A model generated the notes under the pieces. The model was not told the DNA's origin, did no database searches, and was given only the letters and a program-made list of their open reading frames with translations. This document shows, piece after piece, positions 27,879 to 40,242 of a stretch of 64,000 nucleotides of DNA. The translations under genes and the position numbers were made by a program. The stretch is taken from positions 20,398,001 to 20,462,000 of the forward strand of contig OX597816.1 in the NCBI GenBank assembly GCA_951406725.2. The letters are read 5' to 3'. Position 1 is the first letter of the stretch, and every line of letters starts with the position of its first letter. Source of the DNA: Octopus vulgaris (Eukaryota).

Positions 27879-28439
27879 TTATACGTGTGTGTCTGTGTAT
27901 TTGTTGGTATAGATAATCGCTGAATATATATTTCGGAAACAGTATAGCATTTTCAAATTTAGCAGAGATATTTTTTAAGTGTGTACGTATGAGTGCCTTG
28001 TCACTAAATCAGAGAAATATATTCGTACTAAACGCAAAAAAAAAAATAGAATGGAAAATAAGCAAAAACAACACTCACCATAAAATTTAAAAACTGCAGT
28101 CTCAACTAATGAACAAACATTGATAAAACGTAGTTACAAAGGAAAAAAAGTTTACATTTTGGCAAATCTTGATGAAAACTTTAAAGAATTCTAAATAAGC
28201 TTGGAGTACTTAATGGCTAATGGAATTTAAAGCAGGTTTTAGAAGCCTAAAACAGCTTATGATGGATTTTAAATCAAAATGTTTGTGGATTTCAGATTTT
28301 TATTTTATTTTCGTTTTTTTTTTTGCGATTTATTTATTTATTTTTTTAATTTATTTATTTGTTTATTTATTTAGTTTTGGTTATCGTGGTTGCTGGTGTC
28401 TTAAATTTAACTGTAATGTCATTCCGCTTTCTTGAAGTG

Positions 28440-28536
28440 TGCGTGTATATGTATGTATAAATATTTATTTATGTCCATATGTATGTATGTATGTATGTAC
28501 AGATGTATGAATGAATTTATGAGTATATGTATCTAA

Positions 28537-28613
<77 letters not shown>

Positions 28614-28671
28614 TACACGTATTTATATAGATCTATATATTAATACACACACGCATATATATTCATACATA

Positions 28672-28713
<42 letters not shown>

Positions 28714-28761
28714 CATACATACTTACACACATAATTATATACATATGTATATATAAAAATA

Positions 28762-28797
<36 letters not shown>

Positions 28798-28867
28798 TAT
28801 ACCCACACCACTCCGCATATATACCTACATACAAATATATATATATATATGTGTATGTGTGTATGTG

Positions 28868-28931
<64 letters not shown>

Positions 28932-29197
28932 TAGGTAGATAAGTAGATAGACAGCGATTTGTTTATATACATACGTATGTTAATATTTATTATATATGTA
29001 CGCATATATAGGATTTATATATATAGACACATATGCAAACGCACTCATACACACACACATACGCATGGATATAAATATAGATTCATTGATAGATAGATGT
29101 CTATACACATATATGTGTTTATATATGTATATATATATATATGTAAGTAAGTATTATGTACATGTGTGTGTACATATCTATTTACATACATACATAC

Positions 29198-29271
<74 letters not shown>

Positions 29272-29310
29272 ATATATGTATGTATGTATGTAAATATATA
29301 CATATATATC
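28440..29310. repeat. Degenerate (TA)n/(TACA)n low-complexity tract
   Basis: Direct observation. Confidence 0.9.
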
Positions 29311-29759
29311 AAAACTGTCTTATATGAATCACTATGCACATGCACATCTAACAGATAAATGTAAATAATCTCAGAATTGAAGAATTAGCGTTTATATCAG
29401 TTGGCGTACATATGTATATACTTGAAAGTGTTTACATACGTACATATTTATCTGTAGAGTGACAGAAATTAAATATTGTCATTAATTAATTTTCTGCAAC
29501 ATCGAAAAGTGTGTTGCATAAATAATCGATGTTCCATCGAAATCAGAATCTGATGTATTATATCATTCAATTAAGTTTTGAAAATATATTTTCGTTTATT
29601 CTTAATTTTTCCTATATCTTGTCTTTTATCTGAACATGTTTCATTGACTGAAATTTTGCCGTGTTGGACCCCAGCTTCTAAATGTTTCCGTCGACAGGGG
29701 CTTACGTTTCTTTTCTTTTTTAAAAGTTTTGTACGTGATCTGAAATAAAGAATAATAAT

Positions 29760-30142
29760 GAAATTATTGTATACAGTGCTCAGGTGCACCACAAATTGTC
29801 AAAAGTGTGTATAAAGCATATGCAGTAATGTACAAATGTCTGGAAAGTGAACGGTGTATGAGTCAGATACATGCTTGCGTGTGTATGGAGGGGAGAAAAT
29901 CAGATGTAGTGTTGGCGAATCTCAGGAAGCATGGAAGTTTTGAAGGATGCACTACTCCGACAATTAACAACTGATGCCAGCAGTTTGCTCCATGCTTCAG
30001 CAACTCTTAGCGCGAAAAAATATTTCTGAAAGTCATGGGAGCTGTGCTGTTTTCTTACTTTGTAAACATGTCCATGGGTGTTAGACAGATGGAGTTTGAA
30101 AAGATGCCCAGAGTTATTGTTAGTAAGATGGTTAATAATTTT
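29760..30142 (-). pseudogene. CR1-type LINE 3' end (ORF2 C-terminus plus 3' UTR)
   Basis: Minus strand translates NTHGHVYKVRKQHSSHDFQKYFFALRVAEAWSKLLASVVNCRSSASFKT, matching the CR1 pattern TRGHxxKL..FFxxRVVxxWNxLPxxVV..FK. Confidence 0.8.
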
Positions 30143-30282
30143 CTATCAATCTTTATTCTGAACCGCCATATTGCTGATTTAAACAAGCTAATACTGGTTG
30201 TCGACCGGTGTGGCATGACAAACATATACACATAGAAATATATATGTAGACATACATATATAAACATCCTTGCACAGACACA

Positions 30283-30323
<41 letters not shown>

Positions 30324-30724
30324 ATAATGGCTGTAGGAGCTTTGACAAATTAGTAAAGTCCTTGAGTATTATCAAACCTTTTACTCTGAGAATCATCTAC
30401 ACAATACATAAGGAACCCACACAAGTAGAATGAAGAGCCCTTTTCAAAAGATCAAGATAAAGTTTTCAGAGATAGACTTGCTTTATAGACGTGTGTATAC
30501 GACGAATTTTCACGCAGTTTCAGTCTAACATATTCATTCAGCCAGGAGTTATATTAGAAGACACTTGCCCAAGATGATATGCAATGGGACCGAACCCAAA
30601 ACTACAAGCTTTTAAATCTAATTTCTTAACCACATTGTCACGCCTGTTAACACTTTTCTAATTTCCATTCAGTTGAAGTTATTACTTTTGGTCTTGAACC
30701 AGAACGTACCCTTTTCGAAGAAAA

Positions 30725-31051
30725 ATGGAAGAACAACTGAAAATATGTAAGGAAGGACGAAGGCCAAAAAGAAGAAATCTCAAAGCTATAATGTTGTACA
30801 AAAAGGACAAAGAAATTGAGAAGAAATTAGCGAATATGAAAAAAAAACTAACTAGAGTAAAACTGAACCCGAAGATATTCGATGACAAAATAAAGGCGGC
30901 AATTGTAGAAAGAGAGACAATAATGAAATTAATAAATGTGTATTCAAATATAGCTGTAGGCGTAATGCAATACATTCGATATGACAGTTTGCCAGGTGTT
31001 ACAGAACAGGAGGAGTTACTCGATTATATTACGGGTGAACGCCCCGAATAG
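30725..31051 (+). pseudogene. 108-aa basic/coiled-coil ORF, probably a transposon-derived fragment
   Basis: Non-repetitive K/E-rich frame followed by a T-rich 3' UTR-like segment ending gggccattgtgcctataataaaga; in-frame stop shortly upstream. Confidence 0.35.
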
Positions 31052-31235
31052 TACAATTGTAATTGTAAATGAAACTGCGAGCTTTAATTCATAATAAATA
31101 TTTCATTGTCATACCATCCTTTTTGTACTTTTGTCATATGTACCCCCATGTCCTCCTGTATTGTGATGTCCCCTCTTCATTCGGGCCATTGTGCCTATAA
31201 TAAAGATTCATCGGCGGCTGGCAGGCTTCTGCTAC

Positions 31236-31282
31236 TCTAGACCGATGATGGACGAAGATCCTGAAACATGCGTGTCTCTAGA
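31236..31282 (+). ncRNA. Type I hammerhead ribozyme (U4C core)
   Basis: tctaga CCGATGA t-gga-cgaaga-tcc-t GAAA cat-gc-gtg TC tctaga; stem I extends as ctgc/gcag past a bulge. Confidence 0.75.
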
Positions 31283-31603
31283 TGCAGGCTTGGCTGCTGG
31301 GGGTATTTGCCTCCCCTTCGTAAATATATAAGCACACAGGAAAAAATGTGTCGAAGCCATCAGGAAGCGTTGATGCTTCCTAGGGCTAAACAGCGGTGGT
31401 GTAATCCCCAACTGTCACGTTAAATTGAGAGTATACAACCATTCTATCGCCCCACCACCTTACATATCTCTATGAGATATTTAGAAATTTAATATTTCTG
31501 ATTTTGGTAATCACTGAATAAACTTCACTGAAAATTAGATGTGTATATATATATATATTTACGAAGTCGGGACAGATATTTGCGGCTTGCAGGCTTCTGC
31601 TAC

Positions 31604-31650
31604 TCTAGACCGATGATGGACAAAGATCCTGAAACATGCGTGTCTCTAGA
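31604..31650 (+). ncRNA. Type I hammerhead ribozyme (second tandem copy)
   Basis: tctaga CCGATGA tggacaaagatcct GAAA catgcgtg TC tctaga; the only difference from copy 1 is in loop II. Confidence 0.75.
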
Positions 31651-31825
31651 TGCAGGCCTGGCTGCTGGGGGTATTTGCCTCCCCTTCGTAAATATATAAG
31701 CACACAGGAAAAAATGGGTCGAAGCCATCAGGAAGCGTCGATGCTTCCTAGGGCTAAACAGCGGTGATGTAATCCCCTACTGTCACGTTAAATTGACAGT
31801 ATACAACCATTCTATATATATATGA

Positions 31826-32039
31826 AGGCGGCGAGCTGGCAGAAACGTTAGCACGCCGGGCGAAATGCGTAACCGTACTTCGTCTGCCGCTATGTTCTGA
31901 GTTCAAATTCCGCCGAGGTTGACTTTGCCTTTCATCCTTTCAGGGTCGATAAATTAAGTACCAGTTATGCACTGGAGTCGATGTAATCGACTTAATCCGT
32001 TTGTCCTCTCTGTGTTTAGCCCCCCTGTGGGTAGTAAAG

Positions 32040-32044
<5 letters not shown>
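31826..32044 (+). mobile_element. SINE family C
   Basis: Consensus head and tail 1. Confidence 0.85.
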
Positions 32045-32092
<48 letters not shown>

Positions 32093-32864
32093 ATGTGTTC
32101 TTTCTGTTCTACATCTAATTGGAAGGACACCGAAAAATATGAGATACTCCATCTCAACTTACATGATTCAAGTGAACTTACACGAACTTTGCCATCATCA
32201 ATACCTCAGTATCCAAAATTCCTTATTCCATTAACAGAATTGCAATACTTCGAAAATTTGACAGTTAACACCTAATGGTTCGCTCCTGAATTCTTATATA
32301 TCTCCTTTCCTAATATTACGAATTTTTTTTTTTTTTTAATGTTTTATATAAAATGCTGTATGTTTCGTATTAGGAAGAAGAAACTCTGCTGTGAAGCATT
32401 TTACTATTCGTTCTTCAATAAGATATACGCTAATAAATTTCCTAGAATAATTCAATCGATTGAAGCAGCATTTTCTTGCTAATAATGGTATTGCTTTATT
32501 TCTATAAATAACGCTGTTGGTCTGACACATGTAAATTGAAAAAAATTGTCGAGGTGAAAAAAAACGTATGACTGTGTATATATATATGTATGTGTATATA
32601 TATACATATATATATACATACATTTATATAAATATACGTGTACATATGTGTATGAGTATATGCATATATTTATATATTATTTATATTATTATATGATCGA
32701 ACGCCACGCATCCTTTTCCAAGTAAGTTTTATCTTAATAATTACGATGCGCACCTCTTCTATCTCTACTATCTCTTCTCCGTCTATCTCTCTCCCTCTCT
32801 TGTTCATCATCCTTTCTGGTTTTCTCTCCCACTCTTCCCTATTCTTTCCTCTCCTCTTCACCGT

Positions 32865-32905
<41 letters not shown>

Positions 32906-33939
32906 GACTCTCGTCGTGACGAAAGAAAATCTATTTTTCTGCTCATTACCTTCCTAAAGACAACACGTGCTTATACTACCTCCTCTCATTAGCTCGTCTT
33001 CCTAGCGTTCATAATAATTCTTCTATAGTCTTGGCTCAACAGCCCTCACCGTTTGTTTTTACTGTTTTGTTCTCACTGTCCTGTTCTTGTTACCACTTTC
33101 ACCCTCCGCAAAACATCCCAAATTTTATTTAATTTCCTTTGCAGGAAGGAGAGACGATGAGCAATAGCTAGAGAAATAGTGCGCTTTATTTAATAACCAG
33201 TTGATCTAGCAAGCGGGGCCTCATATCAGTGATGCCGTCGTGAGGTAGGCCCAGAAACGGCGCGCATTTTCTCCTGATGACCCCATACACTTGCTGGCTT
33301 CCGGTATGCGAAGTTCTTGGCTTGTAGCACTTGCATGTGCAAGTTGTTTGCAAGACAACTTCGCTTTGAAGCTACACTCTTTTAGGTTTGCGTCTTACTG
33401 CGTGGTACCTTAGGCAAGTGTTTTCTATGATAGCCTCAGGTCTAACAATACTTTATGAGTAAGTTTAGCAGAAGGAAACTGTGTGGAAGCTCGTCATATT
33501 CATTTGTAAGTGTGTGTGTCGCGTTAGGTTTCTTCCCTTAGGAATCGAACCCACAACCTTACGATCAGGAGTTCAACACCCAAGCCACTAAGCCACGCGC
33601 CTCCACGATATAATAAATACCGGATTTTAAAATAAGTACTGAATTACTGAAACAAATAAAAGAAAAGTATAGATGTATCTTAAGGACGTGATGAAATATA
33701 AAATGCTACAATATAATAAGGAAATCGAGCCATTTTTTTTCCTTGTAGATCATTCCAGGCTTAATTAGAACGAAGAAACTTTCAAATGATGGCTTAACCA
33801 GCCAACATCTCTACACGAATAAATCTCTAAGACTCGCAATTCTTGGTTGGCGAAGGAAAGGCTGAATGCTTGGGCAGAGGGATTATAACTGTCTTTTAAA
33901 ATATTCCAGTAAAATACAGTATTTTGTTTTTGGTTTGTT

Positions 33940-34166
33940 CCTTCTCGAGTCATGCCTGACTCATTAGACGTATAGGTTCCCCACCTGGACAGGATGCCGC
34001 AGGTGAACTGCAAGATGCAGTTGGAAAGAATGAGAGAAAAGTTGTGGTGAAAGAGTCAGTAGCAGTTCGCCATTACCTTCCGCCGGAGCAGCGTAGAGCT
34101 TAGGTGTTTCGCTTATAAATACACACATCGTCCGCTGCTCCAAACACTACGGCCATGTGCCTCCAC
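33940..34166 (-). mobile_element. SINE family A, tail type A2, diverged and deleted
   Basis: Reverse complement of 45360-45647 motifs (cccacctggacaggatgccgcaggtga; gagagaaaagttgtggtgaaaga). Confidence 0.7.
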
Positions 34167-34619
34167 GTAAAATACCGTAGCATAAATAATTGACCATGTT
34201 CAAATCCCTGTACAAATAGCAGAAGCTCTTAATATCTTATATGTGGCGCCGTCTGTCTTTACGTTTTGAGTTCAAATTCCACTGAGGTCGACTTCGACTT
34301 TTATCCTTTCGGGATCGATAAAAAAGTACCAGTTGAGTACTTCCCCACTTCTTTGAAGTTGCTGGCCTTGTGCCAAACTTTGAAACCATATGTCTTGTAT
34401 ATGGTCGAAATAAATAAAATTTGAGAATAAATTCAACTACTTTTGAACTAGACATTTTTTTTTTCAAATCTGCAATGAGAATCGGTATTTGAGATCATGA
34501 AAATCTTGTAAGTGTTGGTAAATATTTTACTAGTACTGCATGGAGTAGTTTAAGATTCTAGATGTTTATAAAACTTACAGGAGATGAAATGATAATATTG
34601 GACTGTTTATATCTTTACG

Positions 34620-35282
34620 CTTTTATTGTTTCAGTCACTGAACTGTGGCTATGCTGGGGCACAACCTTCTAAGGCTAGTCGAACAAAAAATCTTAGTCTG
34701 TTACTAGCAGTATCGCCCAGCGTTGCTCGGGTTTGTTTCGACCCTTTAGAATTGGAATTTTTGAAAAGTAAAATTTTTACATTATGTAGCTTGTTATTCT
34801 CTTTAAGTGAACATTTTTCTAGTTGAAATACACCAAAAAATGGCGTCACAGCAGTCAAAGAATCGTAAAAAATAGGGATTTTCATAGAAAAAAAAGCATC
34901 TTTTTTATGTAAATAATATTTGGTGTTAACATGGTCCGATTTGAATTTTATCTTCTACGGAGTGAAGAGAAGGTTTTCTATCATACTCTCAATTTTGGTC
35001 AACTTGCGCTGCAGGGTCTCGGAGGAGATAGTGAAAGTTGAAGGCTACCAAACCTGCCACACACAGTCAACTTCAGCTTTCTATTTAGAGATTCATTCTA
35101 TCCTTCTTTTGCGGAACTCTTAATGTTCCGTTTCCAAGCGGCGGGGACAAATACACACACACACACACACACACACACGAGTATAGAGAGAGGGCAGAAG
35201 ATTCTTGCCTAAGCTTCCGTGCAGTGGAATACTGTCTCCAAAACAAAGCGAACTTCTTAATCACACAGCAATGCTTGCGTAA
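34620..35282 (-). mobile_element. Diverged SINE B split by a Helitron
   Basis: B tail at 34620-34703 continues at 35092 (ttcattctatccttcttttgcggaac). Confidence 0.65.
34704..35091 (-). mobile_element. Non-autonomous Helitron
   Basis: Minus strand starts TC and ends with hairpin cccgagcaacgctggg plus CTAG; inserted between A and T with no TSD; homologous to 46130-46520. Confidence 0.8.
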
Positions 35283-35986
35283 CATTTGATAGAAGTTGTT
35301 CCCAATTCAAAATAGATGTAAAAATTCATATTTGATAGTATAGAATGTCTGTCGAGATATAGAAAAATAGGAAAACCGAAGAACAAAAAAAAGCTGAAAT
35401 GTAAATTAAATTGCTGTTGAAATATTCTGAAAAACTTGAAATATCCCAGAAGAATAACATAGCAAGTTACTATTAAAAGCCGAGTGAAATATCTCTAGAA
35501 TAAAATTATTAAAGTATACAAGAAATATAAACTTTTGAATATTCCAAATTTTCTTATAGTTTTGCTGAAAGCAGATATAGATATAAACTTAAAAATCAGA
35601 GACCAGATACAAACGGAAATGTGTTGTATGCTAAAAGAAAAATAAATACTGAAAATAAATCAGTTATCTTGTCAAAACAACAGAAGGTTAATATATTGCA
35701 TATGCAAGCAAAATTTTATTCTATGAATAGAAATAAGTTTTCAATGGTGGACGATAAACAGGACTACTTTGGATGACAGAATAGCTAATCCAGCTTACAA
35801 ACAAACGTCTTTGTGCGTTTAAAAGGTTTTAGATGAGTGAGTTTAATACAGTTGGATCTATTTAAACACAACAATAGATAATTAAGGCATAAATGGGTCA
35901 GATCCATTATAATCTGTAACTTATTTTAGTTACGTCCCTTGCTTTAGAGTTTTAAATAATCGTAGAATATAATATTGATTAATAAA

Positions 35987-36330
35987 GCGGCGAGCTGGTA
36001 GAACCGTTAGCACGCCAGGTGAAATGCGTAGCAATATTTCGTCTGCCGCTACGTTCTGAGTTCAAATTCCGCTTAATCCGTTTGTCTGTCCTTGTTTGTC
36101 CCCTCTATGTTTGTCCCCTCTATGTTTAGCCCCTTGTGGGTAATAAAGAAACAGGTATTTCGTCTGTCGTTACGTTCTGAGTTCAAATTCCGCCGAGGTC
36201 GCTTTTGCCTTTCGGGATCGATAAAATAAAGTACCAGATTCGCACTGGGGTCGATGTAATCGACTTAATCCCTTTGTCTCTCCTTGTTTGTCCCCTCTAT
36301 GTTTAGCCCCTTGTGGGCAGTAAAGAAATA
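35987..36330 (+). mobile_element. SINE family C dimer with internal deletion
   Basis: Two units joined at gaaacaggtatttcg; flanks repeat atataat..tgattaat. Confidence 0.8.
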
Positions 36331-36407
36331 TATAATGCTGATTAATTGCGTCTATAGCCTCTCTATTTCACTTCAATATTTTACATATTGCTAGACACTA
36401 AAACTTT

Positions 36408-36540
36408 TCAGCCGAAACGTTGTGTTAACAACAAACAAGATGAGGACAAATATCCGTCAATTGTAAATAACGTACAAAATTCCTCATCTCTTAAATATAG
36501 AATTACATACATAATTCCTCATCTCTTAAGTATAGAACTG
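36408..36540 (+). mobile_element. Family D 3' fragment with duplicated terminus
   Basis: cagccgaaacgttgtgttaacaac (HHR 3' half); aattcctcatctcttaa(a/g)tatagaa occurs twice. Confidence 0.7.
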
Positions 36541-36975
36541 AAGAGAAGACTAGTGAGTGATGTAACCCCCTCTGCCTATAATACATCACAGCATAACTCA
36601 AAACTTCTGTTACACATCTTCGAGCTTTATATATTGTATCATTTGTTTTCGGCGCACTTTGCGTTTACAGAAGAAGCCATCTCCTTGCAGGTCGTTTTTA
36701 TAAGTACATTCGAAGCACACTACTACATATGTCAGGTTAACCTGTCGCCATTCACTTCAACACAAAGAACCATTCAATTATTCTTTCCTTAATATGTAGC
36801 ATCTCACTCCATCATGGATCCGACCACTCAAGGAGACAGAAGGCACAGCATTTCTTATTCTAAATCAGTATGACTTTATTCCTTTTAAAATCTATGCAAC
36901 CATATTAGTGAAGAAAGGAAATATAGTTTTATCTAGTTGAGAAAATGAAGTAACATTAACACTATACATACATGT

Positions 36976-37321
36976 GTGGAAGCGCAATGGCCCAGTGGTT
37001 AGGGCAGTGGACTCGCGGTCATAGGATCGTGGTTTCGATTCCCAGACCGGGCGTTGTGAGTGTTTATTGAGCAAAAACACCTAAAAGCTCCACGAAGCTA
37101 TACTCTTTCTCTCACTCTTACTTCCTATTTCTGTTGTACCTGTATTTCAAGGGGCCGGCCTTGTGACTCTCTGTGTCACGCTGAATATCCCCGAGAACTA
37201 CGTTAAGGGTGCACGTGTCTGTGGAGTGTTCAGCCACTTACACGTTAATTTCACGAGCAGGCTGTTCCGTTGATTCGGATCAACCGGAATCCTCGTCGTC
37301 GTAACCGACGGAGTGCTTCCA
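36976..37321 (+). mobile_element. SINE family A1
   Basis: gtggaagcgcaatggcccagtggttagggcag head through gacggagtgcttcca; internal deletion. Confidence 0.85.
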
Positions 37322-37383
37322 CATGCATGTGTGATCGTTTATAACACCAGTCATACATATATAACAATAAAATGTATGATCCG

Positions 37384-37614
37384 TTTCTTTATTACCCACA
37401 AGGGGCTAAACATAGAGGGAAACACACAAGGACAGACAAACGGATTAAGTCGATTACATCGAGCCCAGTGTGTAACTGGTACTTAATTTATCGACCCCGA
37501 AAGGATGAAAGGCAAAGTCGACCTCGGCGGAATTTAAACTCAGAACGTAACGACAGACGAAATACAGCTACGCATTTCGCCCGGCGTGCTAACGGTTCAG
37601 CCAGCTCGCCGCCT
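37384..37614 (-). mobile_element. SINE family C with ~23-bp TSD
   Basis: tataacaataa(a/t)atgtatg(a/t)tcc at 37360-37382 and 37615-37637. Confidence 0.85.
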
Positions 37615-37849
37615 TATAACAATAATATGTATGTTCCTGAAGAGAATGGTAACATGATTCGATGTTATCGTAACTGCATCAGCAATTTTAATCTTGCTAC
37701 AAATTCTGGCTCACATTCATGGTGCTACCTCCTTCTCACGTGTCCACTATACTATATTGATATCTACTCCATGGAGCTGGTTAATCTCTACCCAACATCC
37801 AATTCAGTGTTCTTGTTTCCCTTGTACCTCCCCCTCTCATACTTTATCT

Positions 37850-38072
37850 TTACTCTCTCTTTTACTCTTTTACTTGTTTCAGTCATTTGACTGCGGCCAT
37901 GCTGGAGCACCGCCTTTAGTCGAGCAAATCGACCCCGGGACTTATTCTTTGTAAGCCCAGTACTTATTCTATCGGTCTCTTTTTGCCGAACCGCTGAGTG
38001 ACGGGGACGTAAGCACACCAGCATCGGTTGTCAAGCAATGCTAGAAGGACAAACACAGACACACAAACATAT

Positions 38073-38165
<93 letters not shown>

Positions 38166-38433
38166 GGAGTAATACACATAAATGTAAAACAAGGTGGAAA
38201 AAAGAGTACTCAAATACCAGTGGTAGAGTAATATGCTTTATTTTAAGCAGCAGAAAATTCAACAAAATCTGTTACTCTGAGTATCTCGTTGCCGTTCATC
38301 GGACAGTTTTTCTAGAATGGAACCGATATATCAATTGATATATCGGTTCCATTCTAGCAAAAACTGTCTGATGAACGGCAACGAGAAACTCAGAGTAACA
38401 GATTTTGTTGAATTTTCTGCTGCTTAAAATAAA

Positions 38434-38481
<48 letters not shown>

Positions 38482-38634
38482 GACAGGCTTCTTTCAGTTT
38501 CCGTCTACCAAATCCACTCACAAGGCTTTGGTCTGCCCGAGGTTATAGCAGAAGACACTTGCCCAAGTGCCACGCAGTGGACTGAACCCGGAACCATGTG
38601 GTTGGTTAGCAAGCTACTTACCACACAGCCACTC
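37850..38634 (-). mobile_element. SINE family B whose internal (TA)n hosts a fold-back HHR element
   Basis: B tail half at 37850-38085 and head half at 38480-38634. Confidence 0.85.
38164..38438. mobile_element. Family E fold-back element (spacerless ~208-bp palindrome) with HHRs
   Basis: Palindrome 38231-38438 centred on tcaa|ttga. Plus-arm HHR at 38364-38401 is intact; minus-arm HHR at 38269-38306 has CCGATGA and GATA instead of GAAA. Confidence 0.85.
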
Positions 38635-38802
38635 CGATTGATTTTCTCGCTCAAACCCCGACTAATCGCTTGGTCTATTCTTCCTTACCCTGCAATGCCT
38701 TTTCTCTGGAATTCTATTTGTACCCGTTCACTTTACTATAGACATTGCATCGTAGCTCTTAACGAAGAGCATTAACCATGTCGGTCTCACTAGTTATCTC
38801 TT

Positions 38803-39175
38803 CAGTTCTATATTTAAGAGACGAGGAATTATTTACATTATTTACAAATTAAAGGATATTTGTCCTCATCTTGTTTGTTGTTAACAACGTTTTGGCTGAT
38901 ATACCCTTCAGCCTTCATAACCACTACGCCATATGCCCAGGGCTACTAACCCCAAGATTCCGAGTTCGAATCCAGGCAGTGACCTGAATAGTAATACTAC
39001 TACTACTACTACTACTACTACTAATAATAATAATAATATCGAAAAATACCTTAGAAATGAGAACCCAGGTTCGAAATTTCCCCAAGACACCTGATGAAGG
39101 CTGGAGAGTATATCAGCCGAAATGTTGTGTTAACAACAAGATGAGGACAAATATCCGTCGAATGTAAATAATGTA
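38803..39175 (+). mobile_element. Family D copy preceded by an inverted copy of its own 3' end
   Basis: 38803-38918 is the reverse complement of the D tail; 38919-38935 is an inverted head fragment; forward D runs 38940-39175 with HHR at 39086-39131. Confidence 0.8.
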
Positions 39176-39286
39176 GTCTTCTCTTTTCCTACACGAACAA
39201 AGCCGAGTTTACTTTTTAACCTAATACATACATTTATACGTAATCTATAAATCTATCTATAACTATAAATAGATATAGACAGATTT

Positions 39287-39575
<289 letters not shown>

Positions 39576-40242
39576 GATATGAAGAGAAAACTAAACAAAT
39601 TATAGAATATTTGACGTTTACTTTCTTTTAATATTTAATAGATCATTTAAAATTAACCAGAAATAAATATACAGCTAGAAGAAAACCAATAAATTGACTT
39701 TTACAATATTCTCTCCATTATTTCATCTTTGAACTAAAAGAACTAAGCAATTTTAACGTTACTAAGCAAAACAAGAAAACATAAGAAATAGTAATGTGAA
39801 CGGCAATAACATCACCACAGCCCCAACTTACATTGTTTTTACACAACAAAGATAAAAATCTTATTTTAACACATCACTGTCTGACTTCTGTTGTCAACCT
39901 TTCGCTTTCAAGTCGTTGTTTTCTTTCTCTCTTATTTTATTATCATTCTTATATTATTTTCACATATATTTCTACATGAAGCAAGATCAAATAATTGTAA
40001 GCTGTAATTTTCTAATATGACCAAACAGTTAATGAATTAAAACAAAAGGAAAATTTTAATTACTAATAAGCTCAGTTTTTTTCAATTAATTCTGTACCGG
40101 TTACAGACGGTCAGGGTCACCAAGATGTGAATTAAACTGCATTTTTATCTCGTTATGTGTGTAAACATATTTGCCTTCGTGCGTTGAAATAAATTTCATT
40201 TCATTCTTTGCAACCTAAATCGCTAAATATGTATTTTTTTAA

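Larger units (their letters stand above)
31215..31815 (+). mobile_element. Tandem direct repeat (period 368 bp), each unit with an HHR: pLTR pair or retrozyme-like element
   Basis: 31215-31447 and 31583-31815 are near-identical. Confidence 0.8.

Noticed and set aside
33270-33300. Isolated CTGATGA (also at ~58349)
   Set aside because: No downstream stem II plus GAAA; expected by chance.
36976-37052. Possible tRNA-Arg gene
   Set aside because: Imperfect cloverleaf that runs directly into a SINE body repeated many times; it is a SINE head.
37372-37890. Recurrent peptide WYLIYRPRKDERQSRPRRNLNSER in many ORFs
   Set aside because: Antisense translation of SINE C.
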